Shown: positions 34,292-44,964, counted from the stretch's first letter. The stretch: DNA of 64,000 nt from Planctomycetota bacterium (GCA_050248855.1 JBFWRP010000012.1:1-64000); one strand, 5' to 3'. Program-made: numbers and translations. The notes: generated by a model not told the origin, from the sequence alone.

Positions 34292-37200
34292 GTGCGACGA
34301 GCCGTCGTGGGTCTGCTCCTTGCGCTCGCGTTCCTGCCGCCGCCCGCGCATGCGGGCGAGGATCTCGCCCAGCAGCCGGTCGACGAGCTGATCGACTTGC
34401 TGGAGGCGGACGGGTGGGTGCGCGTGGAGGCCGCCGAGGCGCTCGCCGGACGCGCGGACGCACGCGTGCCCGCCGCCCTGAAGGCCAGGCTGGAGGTGGA
34501 GGAGGACTTCCACGCCCGGCTCGCCCTGCACTACGCCCTGGCCCGCCATGGCGAGAGGTCCAGCGTGTATCCGCTCGTGCAGTCCCTCGAGCGGACCGGA
34601 CACCTGGGCTCCGTCTACCTGGGGTGGCTCGTGGGCCGCTTCGGCAAGGATCACGGCTGGGACCGTGACGGCTGGAAGGCGTGGATCGACGGCGTGACCG
34701 ACGAGACGTGGCGGGGCTGGCAGGCGCGCCGGCACCTCCCGTGGGTTGCCAGCGACGCCGACGAGGCCGGGCTCGCGGAGGCCGTGGCGTGGTGGGACGG
34801 GCTCGGCTACCCCGATGTCGGTAGCCTGCCCTTCGTCCTCGTCCAGGCGTACATCGCGCGCGAGGAACTCGAGCTCGTCGAGATCGACCTCGTCGAGAAC
34901 GGCGTCGAGCCGCCTCCTCCGCCTCCTCCGCCCCCGGGTGCACCGGCGTGGTTGCTCGAGGACGATGGCGTGCGCTTCCGGCTGTTCACGCACGGCCTGG
35001 AGCGTCTCTCCATCCCGCACGGCCCCCCGCGCGACTGGCCTCGGCGCGGCACCTACGAACGCGTCGACGTCGGGGCCTTCGTGCGCGATGCCATCGCCGA
35101 CTCGCCCCGACTCGAAGCCGGAATCTCCTCCTCGGACCGCTCGACCGGAACGCCTCCGCAGGACGCAGGCCTTTGGACTGCCAGCTACTGGGGCGGCGCC
35201 GGCGACCCGATGAGGCTCGCGCCCTACGCCCCGCCCGACTGGTTTCGCGCCTTCCCGCTCGCCGTGGCCTGTTGGAAGCAGGGGGCCAAGGACGCGGCCC
35301 TGGCGCTCTGGTCCCGCTTGGCCCTGGAGCGCCCGCGGGGCACGCCGGCTCCGCCGTGGAAGGCGCTCGACTACGTGCGCGAAGCGATGCAGGAGGAAGA
35401 GGCCAAGCACCTCATCGAGGCGTTCGGCGACGAAGAGCTGACCACGGAGGACGTGCTGCAGCTCCACCGGACGTTCCTCGCGCGCTACGGCGCGCACGAC
35501 GCCGCCGAGGCCCGCCTACGCGTTCTCGAGCGCATGGTGGCGGAGGACATGGCCCGCCGCACGGAGGCCCCTCCGCTGAAGGACGGGACCCGCAGCCTCG
35601 CGGACGAAGTCGACGCGCTCGTCGTCCGCCTGCGCGAGCCCGGTGCCGCGATCGACCCCACGTGGACGTTGCGGCGCCCGGACGAGCCCGTGCCCGAAAC
35701 GGCGTTCTCGCGGCTGGTCGACATCGGTTTCGCCGCGGTGCCGCGACTCCTCGCCGCCCTCGGCGACGACACGCTGACGCGCTCCGTGATCGAGCACGAC
35801 TCCGGGAAGATGCAGTGGGAGGGCTGGATGCACGTGGAGCGCGTGGCCGATGTCGCCCTGCGCGCGTTGCAGCGCATCAGCGCGCGTTCGTTCGGCGAGG
35901 ACGTGGTGCGCTACCCGATCGTGAGCGGTGGCCGCGGATCGATCGTGGACGAGGGCCGTGTCGACGAGGTGAGGGAGCACGTGGAGGCGTGGTGGCGCAC
36001 CTGCCAGGAGAAAGGCGAGGCCGCCACGCTCGCCGAGCTCGTCGGACGCGGTGGGCGGGAAGCCCTCGAGTCGGCACGGCTCCTCGTCGAACGTCACCCC
36101 GAGGCGGCGGCCGCGGCACTGATCGAGGGCATTCCGGCCACGACCGATCCCTGGGCCCGCGACAGGCTGGTGGCGCTTCTCGCCCGTGCCCCGGGGCCCG
36201 AGACCACCGAGTTCCTCCAGCGCGAGATGCTCGGCTGCCCGACGCTCCGAAGCCGCGTGGCCGCCGCCCGTGCCCTGTACGAGCTCGATGACCCGATGGC
36301 CCTCGAGGCCATGACGCGCGAGTGGACGCAGCTAGCCGCGGCTCCGACGGAGCCCGGCCGTGCGCGGGGCGAACGGATCTCGCAGGACCTCATCGAGTTC
36401 CTCGCCACCAGCGGGCGGGGGGAGGCGATCCGCCTGTTGATGCATGACGTCGCCGCCCTGCCTGTCCGCGTGCGGCTCGGCATCGTGGACGCAATGCGCT
36501 TGGCCGCGGGCTTGGAGGAGCCCTTCGGGGGCCCGGCCCCGGCCCCGGCGCCACCCCACGTGATGTCGGCGGTCGAGGACGTCTTGCTGGCGCTCGTGCT
36601 CGACGAGAGCGAGCCGGACCAGGGCCTCCAGGCCAGTGGGCCCAGCGTGCGTGCCGCCAACCCGTGCCTCGGCGACGAGGCGGCGAGCACGCTGGCCGCC
36701 CTCTGGCCCGATCGCTACGCGTTCGATGCAACAGGCTCGCGCGCTGCGCGGCGCCGCGCGCGGGTCGCCGCCGCCAACGTGGGGCGGAGGGCACGGGGCG
36801 AGGAGCTCCTGCCCCTGCCTCCCGCGTCCGCGGCGCCGCCGGCCGTGCCCGTCGCCGAGGCGGAGCCCCTGCTCGAGGCCTTCCTCGGTGCGACGGACGA
36901 GGGAGCGCAGGCCACGGCGCGTCGGGCCCTGGTCGAGCGAGGCCTCGGGCTGCTGCCCTCGATCGTGAGGCGACTCGCGGCAGTCGCCCCCGATGCGCCC
37001 GAACGCGCCGCCCTGCAGACGATCGCCCACGAGCTGGGCAACCGCGTCGTCGAGGTCGTCTTCGACGGCGCCGGCCCCGAGCCCGACGATGCGTTCCGCA
37101 AGGCGGCCACCTCGCTCGAGGGTCGTCCCCTGACCGGAACGGCCTTCGTCGGGTTGCTCCTCCACGTCACGCGCGACACGCCTCCGGGCAGCGTCGGCGC

Positions 37201-37483
37201 GCGGATCACCGTCCGGCGAGACAGCGATCTGTCGGGCGTGACGCTTCTCGTACGACTCTTGGACCAGCCCGCCGCCCAGCCCGGCACGCAGAAGGGCTGG
37301 GACATGCACCAGAACCTGCGGGTGGGCGGGATGGGTCTGGTCGGCGGCGCCGGGGGCTTCTCGCTGGAGTACGGCCGCAAGGACGAGGCGTGGTCGGACT
37401 ACGCGGCGGCCCTCGACCAGGCACTGGCCCGGCCGGTCCACGAGGTCATCGAGGGGGATGTCCTCGTGCGTCGCGAGCGATGA
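34292..37483 (+). CDS. Large secreted HEAT-repeat protein
   Basis: Signal peptide ending AHA; HEAT-like WVRVEAAEAL and RSRVAAARAL repeats. GTG start inferred. Confidence 0.78.
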   Translation: MRRAVVGLLLALAFLPPPAHAGEDLAQQPVDELIDLLEADGWVRVEAAEALAGRADARVPAALKARLEVEEDFHARLALHYALARHGERSSVYPLVQSLERTGHLGSVYLGWLVGRFGKDHGWDRDGWKAWIDGVTDETWRGWQARRHLPWVASDADEAGLAEAVAWWDGLGYPDVGSLPFVLVQAYIAREELELVEIDLVENGVEPPPPPPPPPGAPAWLLEDDGVRFRLFTHGLERLSIPHGPPRDWPRRGTYERVDVGAFVRDAIADSPRLEAGISSSDRSTGTPPQDAGLWTASYWGGAGDPMRLAPYAPPDWFRAFPLAVACWKQGAKDAALALWSRLALERPRGTPAPPWKALDYVREAMQEEEAKHLIEAFGDEELTTEDVLQLHRTFLARYGAHDAAEARLRVLERMVAEDMARRTEAPPLKDGTRSLADEVDALVVRLREPGAAIDPTWTLRRPDEPVPETAFSRLVDIGFAAVPRLLAALGDDTLTRSVIEHDSGKMQWEGWMHVERVADVALRALQRISARSFGEDVVRYPIVSGGRGSIVDEGRVDEVREHVEAWWRTCQEKGEAATLAELVGRGGREALESARLLVERHPEAAAAALIEGIPATTDPWARDRLVALLARAPGPETTEFLQREMLGCPTLRSRVAAARALYELDDPMALEAMTREWTQLAAAPTEPGRARGERISQDLIEFLATSGRGEAIRLLMHDVAALPVRVRLGIVDAMRLAAGLEEPFGGPAPAPAPPHVMSAVEDVLLALVLDESEPDQGLQASGPSVRAANPCLGDEAASTLAALWPDRYAFDATGSRAARRRARVAAANVGRRARGEELLPLPPASAAPPAVPVAEAEPLLEAFLGATDEGAQATARRALVERGLGLLPSIVRRLAAVAPDAPERAALQTIAHELGNRVVEVVFDGAGPEPDDAFRKAATSLEGRPLTGTAFVGLLLHVTRDTPPGSVGARITVRRDSDLSGVTLLVRLLDQPAAQPGTQKGWDMHQNLRVGGMGLVGGAGGFSLEYGRKDEAWSDYAAALDQALARPVHEVIEGDVLVRRER

Positions 37484-37583
37484 CCTGCCTGGCGGGTGCC
37501 TCGCTCCGTGCGAGGCCGCGGACCTTCCCCTTCCGGACCGCTCCGCGTCGGCCTGACCTGCCCAGGCCGGTGGGGCGCGACAA

Positions 37584-37604
37584 CCGGGACCAAAGTCGTC
37601 CGGG
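37584..37604. repeat. 21-bp intergenic motif, copy 1 (copy 2 at 40372-40392)
   Basis: CCGGGACCAAAGTCGTCCGGG vs CCGGGACCCAAGTCGTCCGGG. Confidence 0.7.
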
Positions 37605-37767
37605 TGCCCGGAGCCGTTCGGATCCCCGCGACGTGCCGGCTTCGCGCCCCAGGCATGCCGCCGCTGCGCGGCGGCGGGCGATCGCGCCGGGGCCGGACCC
37701 GCTACGATGCTGCGCTCGCGGGAGCCGCGCCGCAGCACGCGGCTCGCGACGCCGCGGTGGAATCGCC

Positions 37768-38940
37768 ATGCGCACGTTCCTCTCCACGCTGCTCGCACTC
37801 GTCTCGCTGCTGGGCGCCGCGGGCCTCGCCAGCGCCAAGGAGCCCGCACCGCTTCGCGGGCGTCCCATCGAAGACCAGCCGACGACGGTCAGCGTGGCGC
37901 TCAACGAGCACTTCAGCTGGGTGCTGCCCCTGCCGCAGCGCTTCTGGCACATGGCGCCCCGGCACTCGCCGCACTTCGCCACGAGCCTCGCGGGCAACGG
38001 GCTGATCCTGCAGTACTTGAACGACATCGGGGGCAGCGTGGCCATGCTGTACGTGGGCGCCGTGCCGCTGCCGCCTGCCGAGCCCGACGAGGCGCCTCGC
38101 GATCGCGCCCAGCGCGCGGCGACCGACTTCGCCAGGACGCTCGGTGCGTCCTACCAGCGCGTCGGCTGGACGATCAGCAGCGGCGACGTGGCGCTCATGC
38201 CCGCCTCGTTCAAGCTGATGGGCAAGCAGGTCGCGGGCTGGCGGACGAAGGACTACGTCTCCCGTCCGGAGGACTACCAGGGGCCCGAGTCCGTGTTCCA
38301 GGGGGCATGCGTGCTGTTCCAGCCGCCCGGTGCCGAAGTGCTCTGCTACGCGGCGCTCGACTTCAAGGCGGGCGGCACGCGGCTGGACGTCGCCATCGCC
38401 AAGATGGACGTCAAGCGCACGCAAGGCTTGAACGCCCAAGGCCGTCGCGTGCAACTGAACGACCTCGTCGAGTCGGCGGAGGGTCGCTACCCGGTCCGTC
38501 TCCTGGCCTTCGACATGCCGCCGCGCTTCGTGCCGACGCCCGCGATCGCCAAGCTCCCTGGCGTCTGGGTGTATGCCGAAGAGCGTCTGCCCGAGCGCGG
38601 CGGGTGGCCCGACGCGATCCTCAAGATCGAAGGCGTCACCCTCCCGAAGGGCCAGTCGGTGCGCGAGTACGCCCAAGGACGCAAGAGTGCGCTGGGCGGC
38701 GACCGGGACGCCCACCTCGAGGAGGTCCCGCTCGCAGTCGAAGGCCACAAGGGCTACCTTTTCGCGCACCCGGCCGTGGGCGAGCCGCCGGGCGTCAAGG
38801 CGCACTCGGCCGTCGTGTTGCTCGACGACCAGCTCCTGACCTTCACCTGGGTCACGCGCGGCGACGCCCGCTTGGCGGCAGCCGACCACGACGGCCTCGT
38901 CAAGCTGCTGCGCAGCGTGCAGATGGCCGTGCGCTGGTAG
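37768..38940 (+). CDS. Hypothetical secreted protein
   Basis: Signal peptide MRTFLSTLLAL...ASA; typical codon usage. Confidence 0.78.
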   Translation: MRTFLSTLLALVSLLGAAGLASAKEPAPLRGRPIEDQPTTVSVALNEHFSWVLPLPQRFWHMAPRHSPHFATSLAGNGLILQYLNDIGGSVAMLYVGAVPLPPAEPDEAPRDRAQRAATDFARTLGASYQRVGWTISSGDVALMPASFKLMGKQVAGWRTKDYVSRPEDYQGPESVFQGACVLFQPPGAEVLCYAALDFKAGGTRLDVAIAKMDVKRTQGLNAQGRRVQLNDLVESAEGRYPVRLLAFDMPPRFVPTPAIAKLPGVWVYAEERLPERGGWPDAILKIEGVTLPKGQSVREYAQGRKSALGGDRDAHLEEVPLAVEGHKGYLFAHPAVGEPPGVKAHSAVVLLDDQLLTFTWVTRGDARLAAADHDGLVKLLRSVQMAVRW

Positions 38941-39089
38941 GACGCACGGTCAGCGTTCAGCCCCTCAGGTGCAGATGTGCGGCTCGCCAGATGCTCGGTC
39001 CCGCACCAGCATCGGCTCCTCGAGGCCCTGCCTCCTGCGCGGCCTGCCAAGGCAGGCCGACGCGCGACGTCGGGGCGGGGGCGCGCGTG

Positions 39090-39464
39090 CTACGTGCCCT
39101 TGGCGTAGCCGCTGGCCCCGTACCAGTCGATCACCACGACGGGCTCGTCCCCGACGACCCAGGCGTCGTGGCCGCTGGGCAGCGACGTGATGTCACCCGG
39201 CCCCGCGACCAGCTCGCGCCCGTCGTCCATGCGGATCGCCAGCTTGCCGCTCACGTGGTACTGGAAGTGCGGCGCCTCGCAGCTCTTCGTCTTCACGAGC
39301 GGCTTCAGGTCCGTGGACCAGCGCCAGCCCGGTTCGAAGACGAGGCGGCCGACCTCCGCGCCACCGATGCGCAGGATCTCGGCGCGGCCGTTGGGGAAGG
39401 TGCGGACCTCGTCGGGCCGCGCGTAGGACTTGTGCTCCGTCATCTGTTTCGTGGACATCGCCAT
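39090..39464 (-). CDS. Cupin-domain protein
   Basis: FEPGWRWS...C...H..Y..SG and PSGHDAWVVGDEP cupin motifs. Confidence 0.9.
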   Translation of the reverse strand: MAMSTKQMTEHKSYARPDEVRTFPNGRAEILRIGGAEVGRLVFEPGWRWSTDLKPLVKTKSCEAPHFQYHVSGKLAIRMDDGRELVAGPGDITSLPSGHDAWVVGDEPVVVIDWYGASGYAKGT

Positions 39465-39890
39465 GGTTTGCTCCCGCGGGGGTGCGACCCCCGGCAAGGC
39501 CCGCGAGCGTAGCGCTCGCCGCCAGGCGGCCGCCAGTGTGCATTCACCCCCTGGCGTGGGTGGGTTCGGCATGTCAGCTCGCCGTGCCCGCGGCAAGGCA
39601 TGTAGGGAGGCGGGGAGCTCATCCGCAGCGTGCCGCCCTGTTCGCTCCCCTGCGGACGCGCCACCGTCGCCCTTGCGAGCCGACGCGGGCCGGACGCCCG
39701 CCGGAGGCCCACGTCAAGATCGAGCGCACGTCCTCCGGATGGAAGCTCGGGAACCAAGGCGTACGGGCCACGGGCTGGCGGCCCGGGATGCGGGGCGGGC
39801 CCACGGCGTGCCTCCCGGCATGGCGGCCATCGTTGCCGGGTGCCCGGGCGCCGGCGTAACGTGCCCGCCGAATCCGCGCCGGGAGGCTCC

Positions 39891-40316
39891 ATGGAGCTCC
39901 GCCGAACGATCGACATCCACGCATCGCCCGAGCGCGTATGGGCCGTCATGGCCGACGTGACGCGTTGGCCCGAGTGGACGGCCAGCGTCACCAGCGTGGA
40001 GCTCCTGGACGCGACGGAGCTGCGCATGGGGGGGCGCGCCGCCATCCGCCAGCCCAAGCTGCCGCCCGCCACGTTCACGGTGACCGCGCTCGAAGCGAAC
40101 CGCGGCTTCACCTGGCAGACGGGCAACGCCGTCGTCCGCGCGACGGCCCGCCACGAGATCGAACCGACGCCCGAGGGCTCGCGGGTCACGTTGGCCGTCC
40201 GCTTCGGAGGCCTGCTCGGCTGGCTGATGGGGCGGCCCTACCGCACGCTCACCCTCCAGTACCTGGAGATGGAAGCCGAGGGGCTGAAGGCCGAGAGCGA
40301 GCGCGAGGCGGGGTAG
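39891..40316 (+). CDS. SRPBCC (polyketide cyclase/START-like) family protein
   Basis: IDIHASPERVWAVMADVTRWPEW; GGAGG RBS. Confidence 0.9.
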   Translation: MELRRTIDIHASPERVWAVMADVTRWPEWTASVTSVELLDATELRMGGRAAIRQPKLPPATFTVTALEANRGFTWQTGNAVVRATARHEIEPTPEGSRVTLAVRFGGLLGWLMGRPYRTLTLQYLEMEAEGLKAESEREAG

Positions 40317-40517
40317 CGCCCTTCGTGCGTCGGCGCCTCCCCGGGCCGCAGAGCCCGTGAGCCCGGGTCACCCGGGACCCAAGTCGTCCGGGGGGCCGGG
40401 AACGCTCGGCTTCGCCTCCGTGCGCGCGCAGGGCCCGGCCCCGTCTGGCTTCGGCGGCCCGATTCCCGGGCTGCGCCACGATTGACGGCCGAGCGGCCCG
40501 CCCGACCTTCCACCGCG

Positions 40518-41822
40518 ATGAGCACCGCCGCCCTGCCCCTGGTCCAGGCCTTCATCGAACGCGACGCGCACGCCGCCGGTCGCACGATCGAGCTGCTCGA
40601 GGAGGAGGAGGGACTGGCGCTCCTCGCCTCGCTCCCGTCCGACGCCGCCGCCCGGGTCCTGCCGGCCGTGCCGGCGCGGCTCGCGGGCCACGCGCTGGTG
40701 GCGTTCGAGGCCGAAGCACGCGCAGCCACGCTGGCCCGGCTGGAACCGGGTCAGATCGCTGCCGTGCTCATGGCCCTCACGGAGGAGGAGCGAGCGACCA
40801 TCGTCGACGCCCTGGACGCCAAGGCCAAGGAGCGTGTGCGCGAGCTGCTCACGTACCCGGAAGGAAGTGCCGGGCGCATCATGAGCACCGAGTTCATCGC
40901 CTTCCACATCGACCAGAGGGTGTCCGACACCATCGAGCAGATCCGGGCCCTGGCAGCCAAGGGCGTGCCGCCGTCCTACGGCTACATCCTGGATCGCGAG
41001 GACAAGCTCGCCGGCGTGATCAACATGCGTGACCTCGTGATCACGCCCGGGCACACGACGCTCGACGCGTGTGCGCGACGGGATGTGTTCACGCTGACGC
41101 CCTTCATGAGCCGCGAGGAGGTGCTGGACGCGCTGACGGCCCGCCGCTTCTTCGCCGCGCCGGTCGTGGATGCCGAGGGGCACATGCTCGGCGTCATCCG
41201 TGCTTCGCAGCTGGTGGGGGAGGCCCAGAGCGAGGCCGGCGAGGACATGCTCAAGATGTTCGGCGTCGGCGGCGACGAGCGGCCGTTCTCCCCGGTGTCG
41301 TACTCGCTGAAGAAGCGCCTCCCCTGGCTCCACGTGAACCTGCTGACGGCGTTCATGGCCGCCGGCGTCGTGGCCATGTTCGAGGACCTGATCGCCCGGA
41401 TCACCGTGCTGGCCGTGTTCCTCCCCGTGGTCGCCGGCCAGGGCGGCAACGCGGGCGCGCAGTCCCTGGCCGTCGTGATGCGCGGGCTCGTCATGCGCGA
41501 GATCCCGAAGTCCAAGGGCCTCAGGCTCGTGGCCAAGGAGGGCCTGATCGGCACGATCAGTGGGGTGGTTACCGGCTTGGTGACGGGACTCGTCGCCATG
41601 GTCTGGCATGGCAACCCCATGTTCGGCGTCGTGATCGGCCTGGCCATGATCATCAACCTGATGGCTGCGGGGGTGTCGGGCGCCGCGATCCCGCTGCTCA
41701 TGAAGCGCCTGGGCCTCGACCCCGCCCAGTCCTCCAACATCATCCTGACCACCGTCACCGACGTCGTCGGCTTCTTCGCCTTCCTCGGCATCGCCATGCT
41801 CTTCCAGTCCAGCCTGGTGTAG
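40518..41822 (+). CDS. mgtE: Magnesium transporter MgtE
   Basis: MgtE N-domain, YPEGSAGRIM, CBS pair, KRLPWL, GGNAGAQ, DPA....LTTVTDVVG. Confidence 0.95.
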   Translation: MSTAALPLVQAFIERDAHAAGRTIELLEEEEGLALLASLPSDAAARVLPAVPARLAGHALVAFEAEARAATLARLEPGQIAAVLMALTEEERATIVDALDAKAKERVRELLTYPEGSAGRIMSTEFIAFHIDQRVSDTIEQIRALAAKGVPPSYGYILDREDKLAGVINMRDLVITPGHTTLDACARRDVFTLTPFMSREEVLDALTARRFFAAPVVDAEGHMLGVIRASQLVGEAQSEAGEDMLKMFGVGGDERPFSPVSYSLKKRLPWLHVNLLTAFMAAGVVAMFEDLIARITVLAVFLPVVAGQGGNAGAQSLAVVMRGLVMREIPKSKGLRLVAKEGLIGTISGVVTGLVTGLVAMVWHGNPMFGVVIGLAMIINLMAAGVSGAAIPLLMKRLGLDPAQSSNIILTTVTDVVGFFAFLGIAMLFQSSLV

Positions 41823-41884
41823 CGAGGCCGCGGCGGCACGCGTCCCGGCGCCCGCTCGGCTACGTTGGCCTCCCAGGAGCCTGC

Positions 41885-42328
41885 ATGCGCGCACTTCCCC
41901 TGATCGTGAGCGTGACGGCCCTCGTCGTGGCCATCCTGGCCTACAACCGATCGCCCTCGGCGATGACGTCCCTCCCCGGCAAGGGCCTGGATGCGTACGA
42001 CCTGTCGGAGCCGCGCGCGGCGTGGAAGGCACAGTTCGCGATGCAGGAGGCCGTCGACTTCCGGGCCATGAGCGAGCTCGGCCTCCTCGCATCCAAGGAG
42101 CGCCGTGAGACGGCCGAGGTCATCGACACCGCGCCCTACGGCGAGGAGGTGATCCTCTTCCTCCGCCACAAGGAGAGCGGCAAGACCAAGCAGACCACGC
42201 GGGGCATGAAGAAGCTCCCCGGCCACGACGTGTGGATGGAGGACTACGTCTCTTCCTACGAGGTCCGCGCCTTCGACGAGGATCTCTCCCAGCGCATGAA
42301 GGACTGGGAGGACGGCAGCGAGAAGTGA
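41885..42328 (+). CDS. Hypothetical membrane-anchored protein
   Basis: AGGAG RBS, N-terminal hydrophobic segment, typical codon usage. Confidence 0.75.
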   Translation: MRALPLIVSVTALVVAILAYNRSPSAMTSLPGKGLDAYDLSEPRAAWKAQFAMQEAVDFRAMSELGLLASKERRETAEVIDTAPYGEEVILFLRHKESGKTKQTTRGMKKLPGHDVWMEDYVSSYEVRAFDEDLSQRMKDWEDGSEK

Positions 42329-42504
42329 GGTAGCTCGCCGGGCGCCTCACCCCCCCGCGCGCCGAAGAAAGTACGGCGCGAAAGTACGGCGCCGGGGCAG
42401 CTCCCATCAGCGAGGCAGCCTGCGCATGGATCTGGTGGCCTTCCCTCCGGCGCCCGGAGGTCTCCGCGATGCGTCCGCAGCGCGGGCCTGTAGGGTGGAA
42501 CCTC

Positions 42505-43863
42505 ATGCGCGCCTCACCCACCCTACTTCTCCTCGTCCTCCTCGCCGGCGGGACGGTCCGCGCCGGCGAGTCGGAGGCCGCCCGCGACCCCGACCTCCGC
42601 CTCCCCACGATCGACGGCGAGACCTTCGACCTGGGAAGCCTGCGCGGCCGCAAGGTGCTGCTCGTCGAGTTCGCCAGCTGGTGAGTGGGCTGTCGTCGCC
42701 ACGTGCCGGTCTGGCACGAACGAACGAAGGCCTTCCGTGCTTCGGACAAGCTCGCCGTCGTCGGCATCACGCAGGAGCAGCACCCGGAACGCTGCCGCCT
42801 CTTCGCGCAGTGGCACGGGATCGATTGGCCCATCCTCTGGGACCCGTTCAACCGGACAGGTTCACGCGTGGTCCCGCACTTCGTCCTCGTCGACGAGCAC
42901 GGGGTCGTGCGCGTGCCGAAGGCGAAGCCGGAGGACCTCGACGCGTTCCTCGCGACTTCGTTCCCGAAGACGGAGGTCACCACCGCGCCGCCTGCGGACG
43001 GTCCAGGTCCCAGCCTGCGCGCCTTGCGGTCCGCCGATGCGAAGAGCTCGTCCGCACGCCGCTTCGCATCCCTCTCGGCCCTCCTCTGGCGCGATCCGAA
43101 GGGGCCGGGCTGGCCCGAAGGAGAGACCGACCCGTGGTGGGCGATCGAGGTCTTGCGGGCGCAGGCTGACGCCAAGGACGGGCGGACCTGGTTCGAGGTC
43201 GGCGTGGCCCACCGCATGCGCCACGACAGCGGAGCCAGGACACCCGGCGATTTCCAGGCCGCCGTCGATGCGTGGGCGAGGGCGCTCGCGCTCGAGCCGA
43301 ACCAGTACATCTGGCGTCGGCGCATCCAGCAGTACGGGCCACGGATGGACAAGCCCTACGCGTTCTACGACTGGATCGAAGCGGCGCGCGCGGAGATCGC
43401 CGCGCGCGGCGAGCAACCTGTCGCGCTCCGCGTCGCGCTCACCGAGGCCGAGCAGGCGCGACCCGCTGAGCCAGGCGCGTTGGAAGCCGAGGCCAGCGAG
43501 CCCGATCCCGACGTCCGTATCGAGCGCGCACCCGAGGGCTCGATCGCTGTCGATACGGCGGTCGCACCGGATACCCAGGGCAGGGACGTGATCCGTCTCC
43601 ACGTGCTCGTCCGCGTCCCGGCGGACGGCCAGCTCACGCTCGATCGCGAGGCCGGTCCCTCGACGCTCTGGGTCGCAGGGCGGCGCGTGTCGCCGGCTGC
43701 GACGTCCGCTTTGGACGGACCTGGAGTCCTCCGCTTCGAGGTGGACGTACCCGCCTCCTCGGTCGCAGGACCCCTCGCGGGCTACGTGCTCCTCTACGGC
43801 TGCCTTGCCGCGGAGGGCACATGTCGCTACCTGCGCCACGACTTCCGCATCGGGGCGCGCTGA
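42505..43863 (+). CDS. TlpA/AhpC-TSA-like redoxin selenoprotein (UxxC) with TPR-like and C-terminal extension
   Basis: LPTIDGETFDLGSLRGRKVLLVEFASW-TGA-VGC: the TGA (42682-42684) replaces the first Cys of WCxxC; the frame continues; SECIS follows. Confidence 0.9.
42702..42718 (+). promoter_or_regulatory. SECIS element
   Basis: CGTGCC-GGTCT-GGCACG; GGUCU apex as in the E. coli fdhF SECIS; loop starts 24 nt after the TGA. Confidence 0.88.
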
Positions 43864-43864
43864 G

Positions 43865-43882
43865 CCACTGAGCTACGGGAAC
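43865..43882 (-). pseudogene. Possible 5' remnant (18 nt) of a tRNA gene
   Basis: Minus strand GTTCCCGTAGCTCAGTGG resembles an acceptor 5' strand plus D-arm start; TACACT -10-like hexamer upstream (43900-43905). Confidence 0.45.
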
Positions 43883-44033
43883 GTGCAGTGGCGGCGGGGA
43901 GTGTAGGGCGGCCCGTGTGGCGGCGGCCCTTGGTCTCCGAGGGCGCGACGGGGCGCGGTACGGGACTCCCTCCGTGGCGCCCGCCTACGACAGGGGGCCG
44001 CGACCACGGGTGGCCCTGGCGAGCTACCCTGCC

Positions 44034-44258
44034 GTGGCCACGACCGCGCTCTTCACCCGCAAGCACTACGAGGTGGTGCCCGAGGGCATCCCCGTCGAGT
44101 TGCTCGGCGGGCAGCTCGCGAAGCGGCCGTCGCCTCGGTTCGGGCACCAGCGCATCCAGTCCCGCATCCTGCGCGTGCTCGCCGGTCGTCTGGGGCCGGA
44201 CCGCGTTGCAGTGGGGCCCGTCGACGTACTCGTGGACGAGCTGAACGTGTTCGTGCCC
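44034..44258 (+). pseudogene. Truncated Uma2-family (PD-(D/E)XK) endonuclease
   Basis: VELLGGQL...PSPRFGHQRI...VDV..DE.NVFVP; similarity stops where the PD motif should be, next to the 3' end of a convergent gene. Confidence 0.7.
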
Positions 44259-44276
44259 GTCGGGCTCGGTCGGCGG

Positions 44277-44822
44277 CTATCCCCCCGCGGCACGCTTGCG
44301 CGGCGGCGTGGGCGGGGGCGGGGGTGCAGCGGTCGTCGCCGTCGGGGTGCTTGCGACCGGGTTCGACAACGTGATCGTCTCTTCCCGGCCCAGGATCTTC
44401 AGCAAGGCCGTACCGCCGTTGTCCGTGACGGTGGCCGTCACTTCGAGAATGCACGTCGGCGGCACCGTGTTGGGCCAGCTGCCCGATCCCGTGAACCACG
44501 TGACTCGGCCGTCTTGGGTGAACGTCACCCGGACCTCGGCGCTGTCCATGTACTCGCCGTAGCCCAGGTCGCTCGTGGCCGTCTGGCCTGGGGCGGCGTC
44601 GACCCAGAGGGTCTTGGTGTTCGCGACGCCCTTGGCCGAGCCGATGACATCCAGCTTCCCGGGCTTCGAACTGTTGTTGACGAGCGTCACCTTCTGGATC
44701 GGGATCAAGAAGGCGCGTGACCCTTCCTCCGTCTCCTCCTTCTCGCCGCCGCAGGCGGACATGGCTCCCGACAACAGCGCGACGCCGATCGCGAGACGAA
44801 CGGATCGGAATGCTCCCTGCAT
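44277..44822 (-). CDS. Hypothetical lipoprotein
   Basis: MSAC lipobox-like signal; beta-rich body; Pro-rich tail. Confidence 0.72.
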   Translation of the reverse strand: MQGAFRSVRLAIGVALLSGAMSACGGEKEETEEGSRAFLIPIQKVTLVNNSSKPGKLDVIGSAKGVANTKTLWVDAAPGQTATSDLGYGEYMDSAEVRVTFTQDGRVTWFTGSGSWPNTVPPTCILEVTATVTDNGGTALLKILGREETITLSNPVASTPTATTAAPPPPPTPPRKRAAGG

Positions 44823-44964
44823 GACCTTCTGCCCTCCTAGCCGAGACCGAGGTCCCAGGACGAGGGCGGAGGCTATCCAAATGCCGCGCCAGCCGCACGG
44901 GCATCAGATGCGCTGCCGAAGGGGGGCCGCAGGACGTCTGGGAGTGGCTCGCGTGGCCACGAGC

